Assembly: GCA_977017575.1 (NCBI GenBank)
Contig: CDRNVI010000088.1
Coordinates: 1-64,000 of the forward strand
Length of the DNA stretch: 64,000 bases
Reading direction: 5' to 3'
From: Paramoeba atlantica
Lineage: Eukaryota > Protista > Discosea
Shown: piece after piece, positions 42,862 through 53,851 of the stretch
Layout of the letters: every line of letters begins with the position of its first letter
Numbering within the stretch: position 1 is the stretch's first letter
The notes under the pieces: generated by a model
What the model was told of the DNA's origin: nothing
Seen by the model: the letters and a program-made list of their open reading frames with translations, nothing else
The model's database searches: none
Program-made: the position numbers and the translations under genes

Positions 42862-43506
42862 TTATGCATCGAGAGGAATGTGAAAGGCTGGCACACTTAA
42901 CAACGAAGATAATAGAGTATCCTCCGTAGATTCGCGAATGCGCACGACGAAACTTCGCAGGTCGATGTTAAATTCTTTTTCATTGAGTTGTAGAAACTCG
43001 AGTAGACTCAAACCATTGCAGAAGGAAGCATAGTGGGATGACCACTGTGTTCTGGCTTCCAGCTCGGGAAGCGATATACCTTGAAAATGTGCTCCCACTA
43101 TTTTTCTAAGTTGCTCTACAATTTTGGAGGTGGAAAAATACTCAGGAGAAAAAGTTGCAGCACCTTGTGAGATTGCACCAGAACTAGCAAAAACACTAGC
43201 GTTTATCGGAAGCGGTGATAGCGCAACGCGCTGTTGAGCAATCTTATTTGGATTCGCAGCACTTCTAGGGGTATAACTTATGGAAGGGGAGCTCGCACCG
43301 TAAGAAGCACCTTCTTGCGAGCTCAACTTTGCCGCTGGAGTATTTCCAGGGGTAGTACTCTCGAGCGCTTGCTTGGCTCTTCGGCTCCACTTCGGGAAGA
43401 CCGGGACTGAGACCCGAGTTGGTGTTTCGTGTGAGTCTTCCAAGATATGATCAGCCCAGTTTTTACTCAGCGTCGGGGAGGACGGACCAGAGGCGCCAAT
43501 GTTCAT
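42862..43506 (-). CDS. Hypothetical protein
   Basis: 214-aa ORF on the cluster strand; S/P-rich N-terminus and a globular C-terminus. Confidence 0.55.
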   Translation of the reverse strand: MNIGASGPSSPTLSKNWADHILEDSHETPTRVSVPVFPKWSRRAKQALESTTPGNTPAAKLSSQEGASYGASSPSISYTPRSAANPNKIAQQRVALSPLPINASVFASSGAISQGAATFSPEYFSTSKIVEQLRKIVGAHFQGISLPELEARTQWSSHYASFCNGLSLLEFLQLNEKEFNIDLRSFVVRIRESTEDTLLSSLLSVPAFHIPLDA

Positions 43507-44673
43507 GATCGATTCTTAAGTTAAAAAAGAAGAAAGTAGACAATTTCTACAGAAATTTAACGCTTGAGGAACCAATTCTCCAGAAGACATACACTGATTA
43601 ATGCATTCTTCATACAGGTTCCGCAACGCAGTACCGTTACCCCGATTGCTTAACCCCCATTTTTTATCCCAAAATCCATATTTTGTGGTGAAGCAAGGGG
43701 AGTGGTGAAGTAGGGGAGATGACTAAGTAAGGGGGGGGTAAGTTTGAGTGAGGGAAAAGTGAGGGGCTGCGAATGGACACTATGCAGTTGTCCACTGCCA
43801 TCCAGCGCCATGCAAAACAGAGGTATGGGAATCGAGAGAGTACCCAAGGCATGAAAAAGTAAAGATTATCCTAAGGAATCATAAATACGAATCATAAATT
43901 CGTTAGCAGTGACAACAGGGGTTTCATACTGAAGACACAAAAAAAGTCATAGACGAGGAGGGGGGGGGGTACGTTAAGTGCTGCGGGCCAGAATAACATA
44001 CCCCTCGGTATGTTGTCCAAGGTATAGGCATGTTAACTGGAAATGTGGTTTACATATGAAATTAGGCATCCAGTGAGATCCAGTGCCATACGCTACCATC
44101 CAAATCTTCATAGTGTCCAATGAGGGGAAAAATGGGATCAGCCAAGATCAAGTGAGGCCATTCGAGATCGCATAAGATCACACCCGCAGCCCCTCGAATG
44201 ATTCAACGTTCGATGGTATAATTGGTGGAGAAGATACAAACAGATTCCAAGGGTGATTCCAAGTGAATGAGGGAGATCAATATCAATAGTACAAGTGCGG
44301 CAGTTTCCACAGGAAAAATGGCATCCCACCTTTGTATGCGTCTGTATGCACTCATTCCATAAGGGAGATATCTTTTTCCTGTGGGAAACTACCGCACCTG
44401 TACTATAATAGCAATAGTCTATTGGTATCTCCCTCGTCCACTTTAGCATGGGTTGCATAGCCATCGAATCATGTTCCCTAGGACGTAGGTAGGAGGAAAA
44501 AAATTGACGCATCTTGCTCAACCAGTGGGACCCAGTGGGCTTGTCGTGAAGTAAGGGGGGATAACATTATGATTATTATTCCCTTACAATGCAATAACAT
44601 ACAAACTCCCGACTTCTGCCAACGTGTGCCATGACTCGTAAACAACGCTGTCCATCAAGCTCAATGTGCGAAG

Positions 44674-47052
44674 CTAAGTACCAAACAAGTCATCCAGGGT
44701 GTTGCGACTACTAGAGTTCGAATTCTTATTCTTTGAAGTGGAAGAGTCTGTAGATCTATACAGCTTTTTTTCGGTGGTATTTCGTTTTACTGTGGAAATT
44801 TTCGTATCGTTGGATTCCACGAGGCTAGTTTCACTGGTGCCTGCGAATAACTCTTTGGCAAGTTTCTCTCGGCGGCTGCTACGTACCTTTTCTCTATCAG
44901 CACCTTTCTGCTGTGTAACATAAAAAGAATTTTTCGAATATTCCGCCATAGAAATAGTTTTCATACTAGCTATTTCTTCATCTATGGCGACGTCGTCTAC
45001 CGAAGGAGAGCGCAGTTGATGCGAAGACTCTCCTTCATGCTTTCCCCATTTCCTGTGTTTCGAGGGTAAATGCAATATGTCCTCCTCTGAATCTGGTAGC
45101 GGAAGCGATTCCTCACTCGACGGATTGCGATGTTTCAGTAAGAGCTTGAAGGCTTCATTGTCATGCCCAGAATGCTCTTGGTGATGTGATTTAAGTGTGA
45201 AAAGGCCATCCGGGTCGTATGGGGCAGATCCGTGTTTCGCGGCATTTTGTACGAAGCCATCCAGAAAGGGTAAATTTGCCTCATCACTTTCCGAAGTAGT
45301 TAAAGTAAACGAACTGCTTTCCTCCTTCAACAGCTGTATAAGTTCATAACACTGTTGCTGAAGCTCTATGCAAAAGTAACTCATGTTTTCAAGGATCACA
45401 TGATGTATTGAGTCCATTTCAAGATGAGGTACCCTAAAAAAGAGTTTCAGTGCGGCCGTGAGGGCACATTGTTTGGCATCGTACCCAATAACCGAATTGT
45501 CTACGATTTCTGAAAGAGAGTCCAGCATGGTTTGTGGGCTAAAAGAGGGGGAATAATGACCAAATTCTCCGATGAACCATGTGCACATGGCATATACCTG
45601 ATCGCTGAAAGTCTGTTCCGCACTCAGAAGTCGGTTACTTATTTGTATGACGCTCGAGGAAAGACTTTCAGAAAGTGGAATCAATCGTTCAGTAAATTTG
45701 CAGAGAAGGGAAGATACGAAAGATTCTGGTAATGACTCTGATGCTAGCTGACATAGCTCACCTACTTGAGTAATATACCATTCGGGTTGCGAGGTGCAGT
45801 AGTCATCTAACATGCAAAGAATTTGGCGTACAAGGTCGGAACGTTGATGCACATCCTTCAAATATCGAAGGTATCGCACCAAACGCCGAACGATGAAATC
45901 AACATTTTTCGGATTAGCCATCGAGCATAAAAGAGTAAAACTTTTTTTGCGTAGCATTACGTCGGAATCTTCCAAGCATTCAAGTATCAATTCTTGATTT
46001 TGTACCGCATACAAGAGATCAATTTTTGCAATGCGCGCCAAGGCTTCCAGACCAACGTACCGTAGATTTCCGATACGGGACGCTAAAAATTTGCAGATGT
46101 GCAGATTAGCTTCCCCCAATATCGATGTCTGAGGGTATAAAGATATAGCGCACAAAATGCATTCATAAATTACGGCATTTCCAATGTCTATTCCAATGTC
46201 TGCACGCCTCATAACTTCGCTTACAACTTCGTAGCATTCTTGACTAAGCTTCTCGTCGTTCTTTCCCAAAACTGAAAATATACGCAGAATACGTATTTGC
46301 ATCCAGGGAGCTGGAAGGCGATGATAGTCATACTCGGAAGGTAACCGGTGTGCAATAATTTGCTTCAAAATCGACACCAGCGATGGCGTCAGATGACGTG
46401 AAACTTCCAGATCTGTAGTCGATATTTCCTCACATAAACAGAGAGCGGCGCTCATAACTTGAGGATCACGATCACACAGAGTAGATAAATACACTTGAAT
46501 TTCACTTGTAGAGTTCGGAACTAAACGGTGAAAAGTACATAACAAGAGGACGGTTTTTTTTCGAATGCGCGGGCTATCATGCTTCAATAACGACGTTGTG
46601 TAATCGATAAGTGAGGCTATGAGATCCACGCTAGCCATTTTTACAGCTGTACTTAGAGCAGCTTCAATTTCAAGAATACACGTGCTGTTTAAATCACGCT
46701 GCAAAGTGGACACCAAAAGGTAAGAAAATTCATGTTCAGGAGATAGGAAAAGACTTGCACAAGCGTATCCAATGCGCTTCACCACGGGAGAAACTGACGA
46801 AGCCATGCTCACAGCGCTAAAATACCCGAAATCCGCCGCATGCCCACACATTTCACAATACGCTAGCAGCAAGATCAGTTCAGTTCTCATTTTGTCGTCT
46901 ACTGTGTTGTCTGAAAGTTGAAGTTTTGACTTTGCGAGTTCCTGCGATATCAAGGTATCTTCTTCTTGTTTTGATTTTGCACTTCCCAAAGCTTGTACAA
47001 AAGCAACAAAATTAGTTGAACGTGACACGAAGCGTCCTTTCTTTGATTTCAT
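44674..47052 (-). CDS. AP4E1: AP-4 complex epsilon subunit (adaptin N-terminal domain)
   Basis: KSKQEEDTLI, KRIGYACASLFL, STLQRDL, EYDYHRLPAPWMQIRILRI. Confidence 0.88.
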   Translation of the reverse strand: MKSKKGRFVSRSTNFVAFVQALGSAKSKQEEDTLISQELAKSKLQLSDNTVDDKMRTELILLLAYCEMCGHAADFGYFSAVSMASSVSPVVKRIGYACASLFLSPEHEFSYLLVSTLQRDLNSTCILEIEAALSTAVKMASVDLIASLIDYTTSLLKHDSPRIRKKTVLLLCTFHRLVPNSTSEIQVYLSTLCDRDPQVMSAALCLCEEISTTDLEVSRHLTPSLVSILKQIIAHRLPSEYDYHRLPAPWMQIRILRIFSVLGKNDEKLSQECYEVVSEVMRRADIGIDIGNAVIYECILCAISLYPQTSILGEANLHICKFLASRIGNLRYVGLEALARIAKIDLLYAVQNQELILECLEDSDVMLRKKSFTLLCSMANPKNVDFIVRRLVRYLRYLKDVHQRSDLVRQILCMLDDYCTSQPEWYITQVGELCQLASESLPESFVSSLLCKFTERLIPLSESLSSSVIQISNRLLSAEQTFSDQVYAMCTWFIGEFGHYSPSFSPQTMLDSLSEIVDNSVIGYDAKQCALTAALKLFFRVPHLEMDSIHHVILENMSYFCIELQQQCYELIQLLKEESSSFTLTTSESDEANLPFLDGFVQNAAKHGSAPYDPDGLFTLKSHHQEHSGHDNEAFKLLLKHRNPSSEESLPLPDSEEDILHLPSKHRKWGKHEGESSHQLRSPSVDDVAIDEEIASMKTISMAEYSKNSFYVTQQKGADREKVRSSRREKLAKELFAGTSETSLVESNDTKISTVKRNTTEKKLYRSTDSSTSKNKNSNSSSRNTLDDLFGT

Positions 47053-47139
47053 TGTTCAAGGAGTGATATGATTCTGTCAAAAATGCATAATACAAAAAAT
47101 ATGTAACTTAGGTGTTAAAATGTCATTGTAACTGTATTA

Positions 47140-48777
47140 CTCCTCCTCTCATTAATTTTTATAAATATAAATTATAACAAAAAAGAAAATTTATATTTAG
47201 AGGGCTGAAACTGAGTAAAGCAAATTCAGGCAAATTTTGTGGCGCCCTATTGAGTACTGGTGAGGAATATTGGGTACAACGCGTTTTATAAGACGCTTTA
47301 CAAGGCTTTCTTTTCACTTTTTATAAAACATAAGAACTTTATAAACTTTCTCTTTAAGATCTACATTAGAGGCCAGCTAAATCATGTGGCTTTCGCTTCT
47401 TGGAAACTGCTTCAGTTTCGACACAGTTCGTCTGCTTTACAGACGAATTCAAATTTTGAATTTCAAGACATAGCACCTTTTTGCGCAGGATCGAAATTTC
47501 ATTACGCATTTCTTCTATTTCAACTCGCAACTTTCGAAAATCGGATACGATACTTTCAGTGCGTGTACTACTTTCTTCCACTTTCTCCTTCATTTTTTTA
47601 TTCCGATCCCGGTAAACTTTACCATCTTGGGCATTGCTGCCACGCAACCCTCGCCACATGGTCTTAAACCAATGGGCCAAAACTTCGCGATCTTTCTTCG
47701 TATCCTCATAAACCCCTCCATATTTTTTCTTTAGGAAGTCTTTCATGTGACCAGCGATAACGTCGGTTGAAACATCAGTGAAGCTCAGCGACCATGTCTG
47801 AGTCGATTGCGTCCACTGCCAATGCCCGGGCATCTCTTCCTCCTTTACCCCATGAATTTCTGATCGCTCCGCGTCTTTGAAAAAGAGAAGACCCGTGTCC
47901 CGGGACTTCGTCAAGAGCACAAGACCGTACAGTAATATGTTCTCATCAATGGGGACATTGCACAAAGATTTAAGAACGTTGCTTTCCGGATCAAGTAGTT
48001 GGCGCAGTCGCAAGCTCACCCATCCAGCGCACAAAGCAACGATGTTATCTTCCATTCGCTGGGTTAGTTCCGGTGGAGGCAGTCGCTCAGGGGAGTACTT
48101 GATTGCGTTCTTCTCGGCGTTACTCATACGTGAAAACTCCATTGAAGTTTCCGACCTTTTTAATGGCATGCGGAACGTTTCTTGAATAGAGTACGCCACC
48201 CACTTTCTCAAGGTCAAGTACCTCTCGGAATCAGGAGAATCAGGACCGTCATCCACGTATTCATCGTTGCTCGGAGGAAGGTCGTAGTCGAACATACACC
48301 TTAAGAAAACAGAAAACACAGACAACAAAGAAATCAATGTCAGACAAGTCAATTATTATACAGGTATGTAGTTTAAAAAAGAAGAATACCTAGTAAATGT
48401 TTTTTAGCTAGTAAAGTTCTACCTAGTAAAAGGTTTTTTTGATGGACAACTTCTAAAGCAAATTTAGGCAAATTCAGGCAAATTTAGAAAGGTTTCAGCC
48501 CTCTTATAGTTATATTTATAGAAATTAATGAGAATGTTTAGGCAAAAAGACCTGATAAATGATCCTGCCTGATGGAAAAACGCTAGTTTTCTGCGATAAG
48601 CTATCGCAGAACGTGAGATCCAAGGCCCTTGTCGAAAGTGAGGGTCAATTTTTTCTGCGGTGTTCTCCCCTCTATCCTAGCTTTTCCTCTTTTGTTTCTT
48701 ACATAATTTTTTGAAAAACTATAATTTTTTTCAGAAAAATTAGGAATGGCATTTATAGAAATTAATGAGAAGAGGAG
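47140..48777. mobile_element. TA-flanked TIR element (1638 bp) carrying a non-transposase ORF
   Basis: TA|CTCCTCCTCTCATTAATTTTTATAAAT ... ATTTATAGAAATTAATGAGAAGAGGAG|TA (25/27 match). Confidence 0.8.
47366..48295 (-). CDS. Cargo protein of unknown function with a C-terminal coiled coil
   Basis: Long ORF inside the TIR element. A polypyrimidine tract and AG lie 4 nt before ATG 48295, so that ATG is the likely start rather than 48352. Confidence 0.6.
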   Translation of the reverse strand: MFDYDLPPSNDEYVDDGPDSPDSERYLTLRKWVAYSIQETFRMPLKRSETSMEFSRMSNAEKNAIKYSPERLPPPELTQRMEDNIVALCAGWVSLRLRQLLDPESNVLKSLCNVPIDENILLYGLVLLTKSRDTGLLFFKDAERSEIHGVKEEEMPGHWQWTQSTQTWSLSFTDVSTDVIAGHMKDFLKKKYGGVYEDTKKDREVLAHWFKTMWRGLRGSNAQDGKVYRDRNKKMKEKVEESSTRTESIVSDFRKLRVEIEEMRNEISILRKKVLCLEIQNLNSSVKQTNCVETEAVSKKRKPHDLAGL

Positions 48778-49210
48778 TATACTGAATTCTATATTTCTTA
48801 CAGATGATTTCGGTGAAAGTCAAGCATTATTTCACAAAAAAAAGTCTTTTGTTGATGTTCTCATTTGATCATATTTTACTTACAAAGTGTTTTTTAGGAT
48901 GTTTTTCGCATATTTCTGCACTATTCTCGATGGATTGCTCGTTTTGCCCCAATTTCCAATGTACAGACAGTATTAGCTATAGTGTGCTCGCCCGCGCCCC
49001 CCAAAATGATATTATCGAGTGGTTGAAAGGCCACTAACTTGTTTTCCAGAGCGTCAGCTGTAGCAAGCGGCATGAAACTCGCATTTGCCTGCGGAAAGGC
49101 GATCACTGGGTCTGCCCCGATCGTTTGTGTCGGAGTCATACATACCACATGGAGCCACTCTTAAGTTCCTTCGGTCGCCGAACACCAAGCCAAATTCTTC
49201 AAGTTCTATA

Positions 49211-49893
49211 CAGGGGGGCCACGAAAACTGACAAGGTCCGCATTTTAGCGTCCTGAGGCAGTTTAAGCTGATTTTTGTTGCAAACGAGAGATCTCGTTCT
49301 GAATATCGTGTCTACGCTATTTAAAATACAAAAACGTTCGCCGGAAAACATTTCCAATGAGTTACAAAAGTGAAATTTTAAAGATTTTGCAAATTGAAAA
49401 ACGGGTCTAAATTTCGTAATTTTTACGTACCACGGCCCAAAAAGTACCCAGAAAGTAGGTCTTAATAGCCAGTATTCCCACCTCCACGCTCACGTAGTAT
49501 AGCGAGGCGCGTGGGAAGACTCTTTAGCGTATTCACATACGCCTCATGACATTCGTTCAACAAATATTCCTTGGCCTTTGGAATAGCCGCTTGTAATTCT
49601 TTTCGATTCTGTGGACGGAGATGGCTGTGGATGTACTTATCCATCATGCTCCACAAATTCTCAATCAAATTGAGATCAGGAGATTTCGAAGGCCAATCAA
49701 TAATTTTGATGACTTCCAACTTACCTATTCTCCTGGCTTCCCCATGCCCTGGCGCGTTGTCAAGGACAATTGTAGCCCCGGGGCGGCGATGCATCCAGTT
49801 GAAAAACCCATTTCGTTTTTTCATTGCATTCAAAAAGACCTCATTTGTAACAGTTTCATTTTGTGCGAACGTGTATGGTACGACGAACGGCAA
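49211..49893 (-). mobile_element. Tc1-like transposon 3' part: transposase C-terminus plus terminal repeat
   Basis: LDNAPGH...WPSKSPDLNLIENLW...SLPTRL....GGNTGY (49893-49462), with D-32-E spacing. The TA|CAGGGGGGGCCACGAAAA end is at 49209-49229. Confidence 0.88.
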
Positions 49894-49899
49894 TGGTCG

Positions 49900-50572
49900 T
49901 GATCAATTGACTCTGGAAACACTTTTAAGTAGTCAAACTGTCACAGAATTGACAAAAAAGTTGGAACGTATTGTTGCTTCCGTTCATGAAATGCGAACTG
50001 CGGCTGCACGAGGCACTGTTACTATCATGCAGAAAGACGAAACTTGCTTTTCTAAGCCAAAAAGGGGGGGTAATAACCGACCAGCCCGCATTCGCCAGGG
50101 GGGATCAACCTGGGCAAACCTCCTGACACAGACCTCTCGTTCTCGGAAAGCTGAGCAGATATTTGTAAGCACGCTGGAAGACCGCCGTAGTTCCTCGACT
50201 AATGACCCTGTGTTTTAACTGGACACAAGCGAACGTACCATTGTTCACACGGATGGATGGAGAGGCAGCAATGCCTTGGGCAACAGACTCAACCATGGAA
50301 CAGTAAACCATCGCCGTCACTGGGTTGATCCTGTCACCGGGGTGCACACTCAGACTGCTGAGCGCATGAACGGAATGTTGAAAAAAGAAGTCCGCATGCG
50401 GGGCAACGGCACACTTGGTAGTGGAGTAGAAGCGCGAGACAATAGGCTGAAGTTCGCCGGAGAAGTTGTAAACGGTAAGCTGAAAAGAGGAGAACATGAC
50501 GGTCATGCCCTCCGTCGCCTGTTTCAAGACGTGAAGTGGTATTGCGAGAACGTGGAAATCGTTCTAGAATAA
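49900..50572 (+). pseudogene. Merlin/IS1595-family DDE transposase remnant with an in-frame TAA at 50216-50218
   Basis: QKDETCF.KPKRG, TIVHTDGWRG, HGTVNH..HWVDPVTGVHTQTAERMN. Confidence 0.85.
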
Positions 50573-51073
50573 GTTTAAGCTAGCGTTTAAGATAACTCGA
50601 AGAGAAGATTAAGATGCTATAAATTTTATAAAAGTCGATATGACCAGTCAATATGAGATTTTTCTGAAAGTGTGAAATAATGCTTGACTTTGACCATGAT
50701 TTCAAGATTATTATTGAATTCCACTACACTATAATGAGTTCCTTATTGAGGGAGACACTACTCCCTCGCTACCCTATTTGGTTCGAAATTTGACCCGACA
50801 AAAAAATATGTGGAAAAAGGCATACTATAAAAAGGTCATATTCTGAGGTCGGTTCTCCAAATAACTTTGGAATTAACGTTTCCAATTAAAGCAGCTCTAA
50901 AACACCGACCTCTAAAACTACTGAAAACAACTCATATTCCACAGGAGGGCCTCGCGAGAGCTCTCAAATGCGCTATTGTTTTCATAAATTGGCCAAGAGA
51001 AACTTTAGACCCCCCTGGTTTAGCTGATGGCGTTGTAGTACACATCTCTACGCACTAAACAATCTGTATTTTT

Positions 51074-51883
51074 CTATTCTTCTGTAATTTGAGTGCGTAG
51101 AATTCGAAATTTATAAACATTCCGTGAATATGACAAACGAAAGAGGCCTACGGATGTACTGCGTAGGTTAGAAGGTATTCGATCTAGGCGGCAAACACCT
51201 TTCAAATTCCTATTGCCGGATAGGTGAAGCGTGTTGAGACTGGGCGGGAGGTTGTCTAAGTTGACGGTACCTTCAAAGTTATTTTCAGAGACTCGCAAGT
51301 CTTCGATTCTTAGAGGGAGCTCAGATAAGTTCAAACTTCCTGTAAAATGATTGGACGACAATAGTAGCGCCACTAATTGTTGAGGTAGATTACAAAAATC
51401 CAAGGCCCCACTAAAATTGTTCTCATGCAAATAAAAGTGCTTGATTGGGACAGGCAGGTCTGACAAATTCAATTTCCCGTCAAGCAGGTTTACTTCAGCG
51501 AAAAACGCTTTTAAATTCCGCGGTAATTCCCCCAATTCAACGGTTCCTGTTAGCTTGTTCGAGTACAGTGATAAAAAGGCAAGCGACGCGGGTAACTGTC
51601 TCCAGTGTAGGGGACCACGAAGTTTAGGCCCCACAGCGGTCGATGACCATTCGACGCGCGTCACAACGTCGTCTTGTGTACATTCTACTCGATACCATTT
51701 GCACGCAGGAGTGTTTACGTTCCAACTGCGGTGAGGATTCTCTATGGCACTGATGAATTCTGCCATTGTGTATTCTTGTGGAAGCGATGGTCGTGCTTTT
51801 CCCAAACGCGTTGAGGTCTTCCTAGAGCTAGTGCCTTGAAAAACAGTTGTGTCCGCTGCTTTTACCTCAATGTTAAAAATCAT
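51074..51883 (-). CDS. Leucine-rich repeat protein (GP46/PSA-like LRRs)
   Basis: Repeats L..L.L..N.L.G.L.L..LP; N-terminal WNVNTPACKWYRVEC cap. Confidence 0.85.
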   Translation of the reverse strand: MIFNIEVKAADTTVFQGTSSRKTSTRLGKARPSLPQEYTMAEFISAIENPHRSWNVNTPACKWYRVECTQDDVVTRVEWSSTAVGPKLRGPLHWRQLPASLAFLSLYSNKLTGTVELGELPRNLKAFFAEVNLLDGKLNLSDLPVPIKHFYLHENNFSGALDFCNLPQQLVALLLSSNHFTGSLNLSELPLRIEDLRVSENNFEGTVNLDNLPPSLNTLHLSGNRNLKGVCRLDRIPSNLRSTSVGLFRLSYSRNVYKFRILRTQITEE

Positions 51884-52410
51884 CGACTGAACAAGGATAT
51901 AAAATGGAATAGATTAGATACAAGATACTGTGATATTTAAAAATATTACTTTGAAATGATTCTTAATGTTTCTTCTATTTTCAAAGTCGAAAATTATTTT
52001 AAAGTCGAAAAGTGAACATTTCAACGTACGAAAAGCGTAATTTAGGCTATTAATTAATACACATGATGCATTTGATCAAACTAGTTTGATAATTGCTGCA
52101 AAAAATTAACAAACTGAACAGCCGTTCAAAAGATTTATTATTGAACGGGGGGTCACATCATGACAAAAACAAGCGAAAAAAATAAACTATGCTATCTTGC
52201 TCGAAAGAGATATCTACTAGGCTAGTCCTTCAAACCTCTGACATACTCTAACATACATAATCCTATTTAATAACTTAGAACAACTATATTTCAATAGAAG
52301 AACAATTTAGAGACAATTCGATTTTCCATGTCATGCGAAATAATCTTTAATTATGTTAATTCACTATTGCCCTACAGTTTATCTTATTTCTCAGCAAGAA
52401 TTTGCGTTTA

Positions 52411-53469
52411 TTAGTCTCGTTTTTCGGGATCAACATAATCCAGCTCCAATACTTTAAAAATATCTCGCTCCGTTTGAACATTCAGAGGCTGCGGAAGGGG
52501 AACACCATTTTCGTCGAGTTTGTAAATACCGTATTCGTTCAGCTTGATGCCCATGCGCTTGGCATGCAGGCGAGTATCCTCATTAAATCGGGCGCTTCCA
52601 GTAAAATGAAGCAACGCTGCAGGATAAGAACCATGAGAGACCCAACGAATATCTACCCGACGTGCGATGTGCGGCGTTGGAAACGCCTTCAACTTCGATA
52701 CCATCTCCTTCGCCAAGTCGGGCGACAATGACTTCTTGATTTGACTGGGCTTCGGTAAGGTACAATATCCCATGCACTCTTGCTTTCCCTCTACAAGGGT
52801 AGCAATCAAGAAACCACGACGTCGGAGGGATTTTACGCACCTGTTAAACATCTCTACATTGATTTCGGTCTCTTGGTCCCGGAGAGACAGCAGCACGTCG
52901 ATATCACCGCTGGTCGGACATTTGCGTCGGAAACTACCGCAGCATTTGACGATGAGATCTGAACGCACGTCGGCTCGCAGCAAGTGCTTTAGATAGGTTG
53001 AAAGAAATTCGGTTTCGTTGTATGGAATGCGCTGTGTACCTGCTAGATAGTACTTAAGACCCACGAGCTGTTTTTTGGTGAATTTGATCTTACGACATTT
53101 TTCTACATCTTTAATGGATTTGCAGTTGTAGTCGAAGGCCAATTTATATGCTTGGAGGAATCCGAATCCATGGACGGACCGGAAGAGTTGCGCTGCCTCC
53201 CACTTCGGATCACTTAAAATTGCTTTCCATTGCGCAAGAGTTCCTGTTCTTAGTATTTCCCGTGTCTTTTCGCGCATGCGGTCGCCAATCCTTGGTATCT
53301 TTTTGACTTCTTCATCTGTGCGAATAGGGAAGTCAAGGGCTTTAATTTGCTTCGCCGCCGTAATATACGCTTTGGTACGAAACTTATCGGAACGTGCGCG
53401 ATGTATGTTGGCCAATTCTAAAAATATTTTGACAAACTTTGCGTTGGCCTCACAGGGCAGCATGATCAA
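52411..53469 (-). CDS. X-family DNA polymerase (Pol beta-like)
   Basis: HhH motif KIPRIGDRM, GSFRRKCPTSGDIDVLL, RRVDIR, ALLHFTGSARFN, LNEYGI, TERDIF. Confidence 0.93.
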   Translation of the reverse strand: MIMLPCEANAKFVKIFLELANIHRARSDKFRTKAYITAAKQIKALDFPIRTDEEVKKIPRIGDRMREKTREILRTGTLAQWKAILSDPKWEAAQLFRSVHGFGFLQAYKLAFDYNCKSIKDVEKCRKIKFTKKQLVGLKYYLAGTQRIPYNETEFLSTYLKHLLRADVRSDLIVKCCGSFRRKCPTSGDIDVLLSLRDQETEINVEMFNRCVKSLRRRGFLIATLVEGKQECMGYCTLPKPSQIKKSLSPDLAKEMVSKLKAFPTPHIARRVDIRWVSHGSYPAALLHFTGSARFNEDTRLHAKRMGIKLNEYGIYKLDENGVPLPQPLNVQTERDIFKVLELDYVDPEKRD

Positions 53470-53851
53470 AGTTCACCCGAAAAAGAAAGAATACTACCTA
53501 TTTATTCCTCTAGCCATGTACATAAAAACTTGTATCCAAACAAGTCTAGTGCAATGATAGCAAAAAATAAGGACGCTTTATAAAGGACGCTTTACTAATA
53601 CAAGTAGAACGAGCACAACACATTCTTACTTCATTTATTATCAGTTAGCGCATAAATTCTAAATATACGAGTACCTTTTGGTGCGTGCAATTACACCAAT
53701 AGGTGTATAATGACCAGGAAAAACCTAACGTAAGCTAGTAGGTGTGACTCTGCCACAGCACCTTCCGCGTAAACTATCCAATTCGGGGATTTCTCCAATT
53801 CCGAAATAAGGCTGTACTATGAAAGAAGGAATATAAAGCCCAATTGAAACT

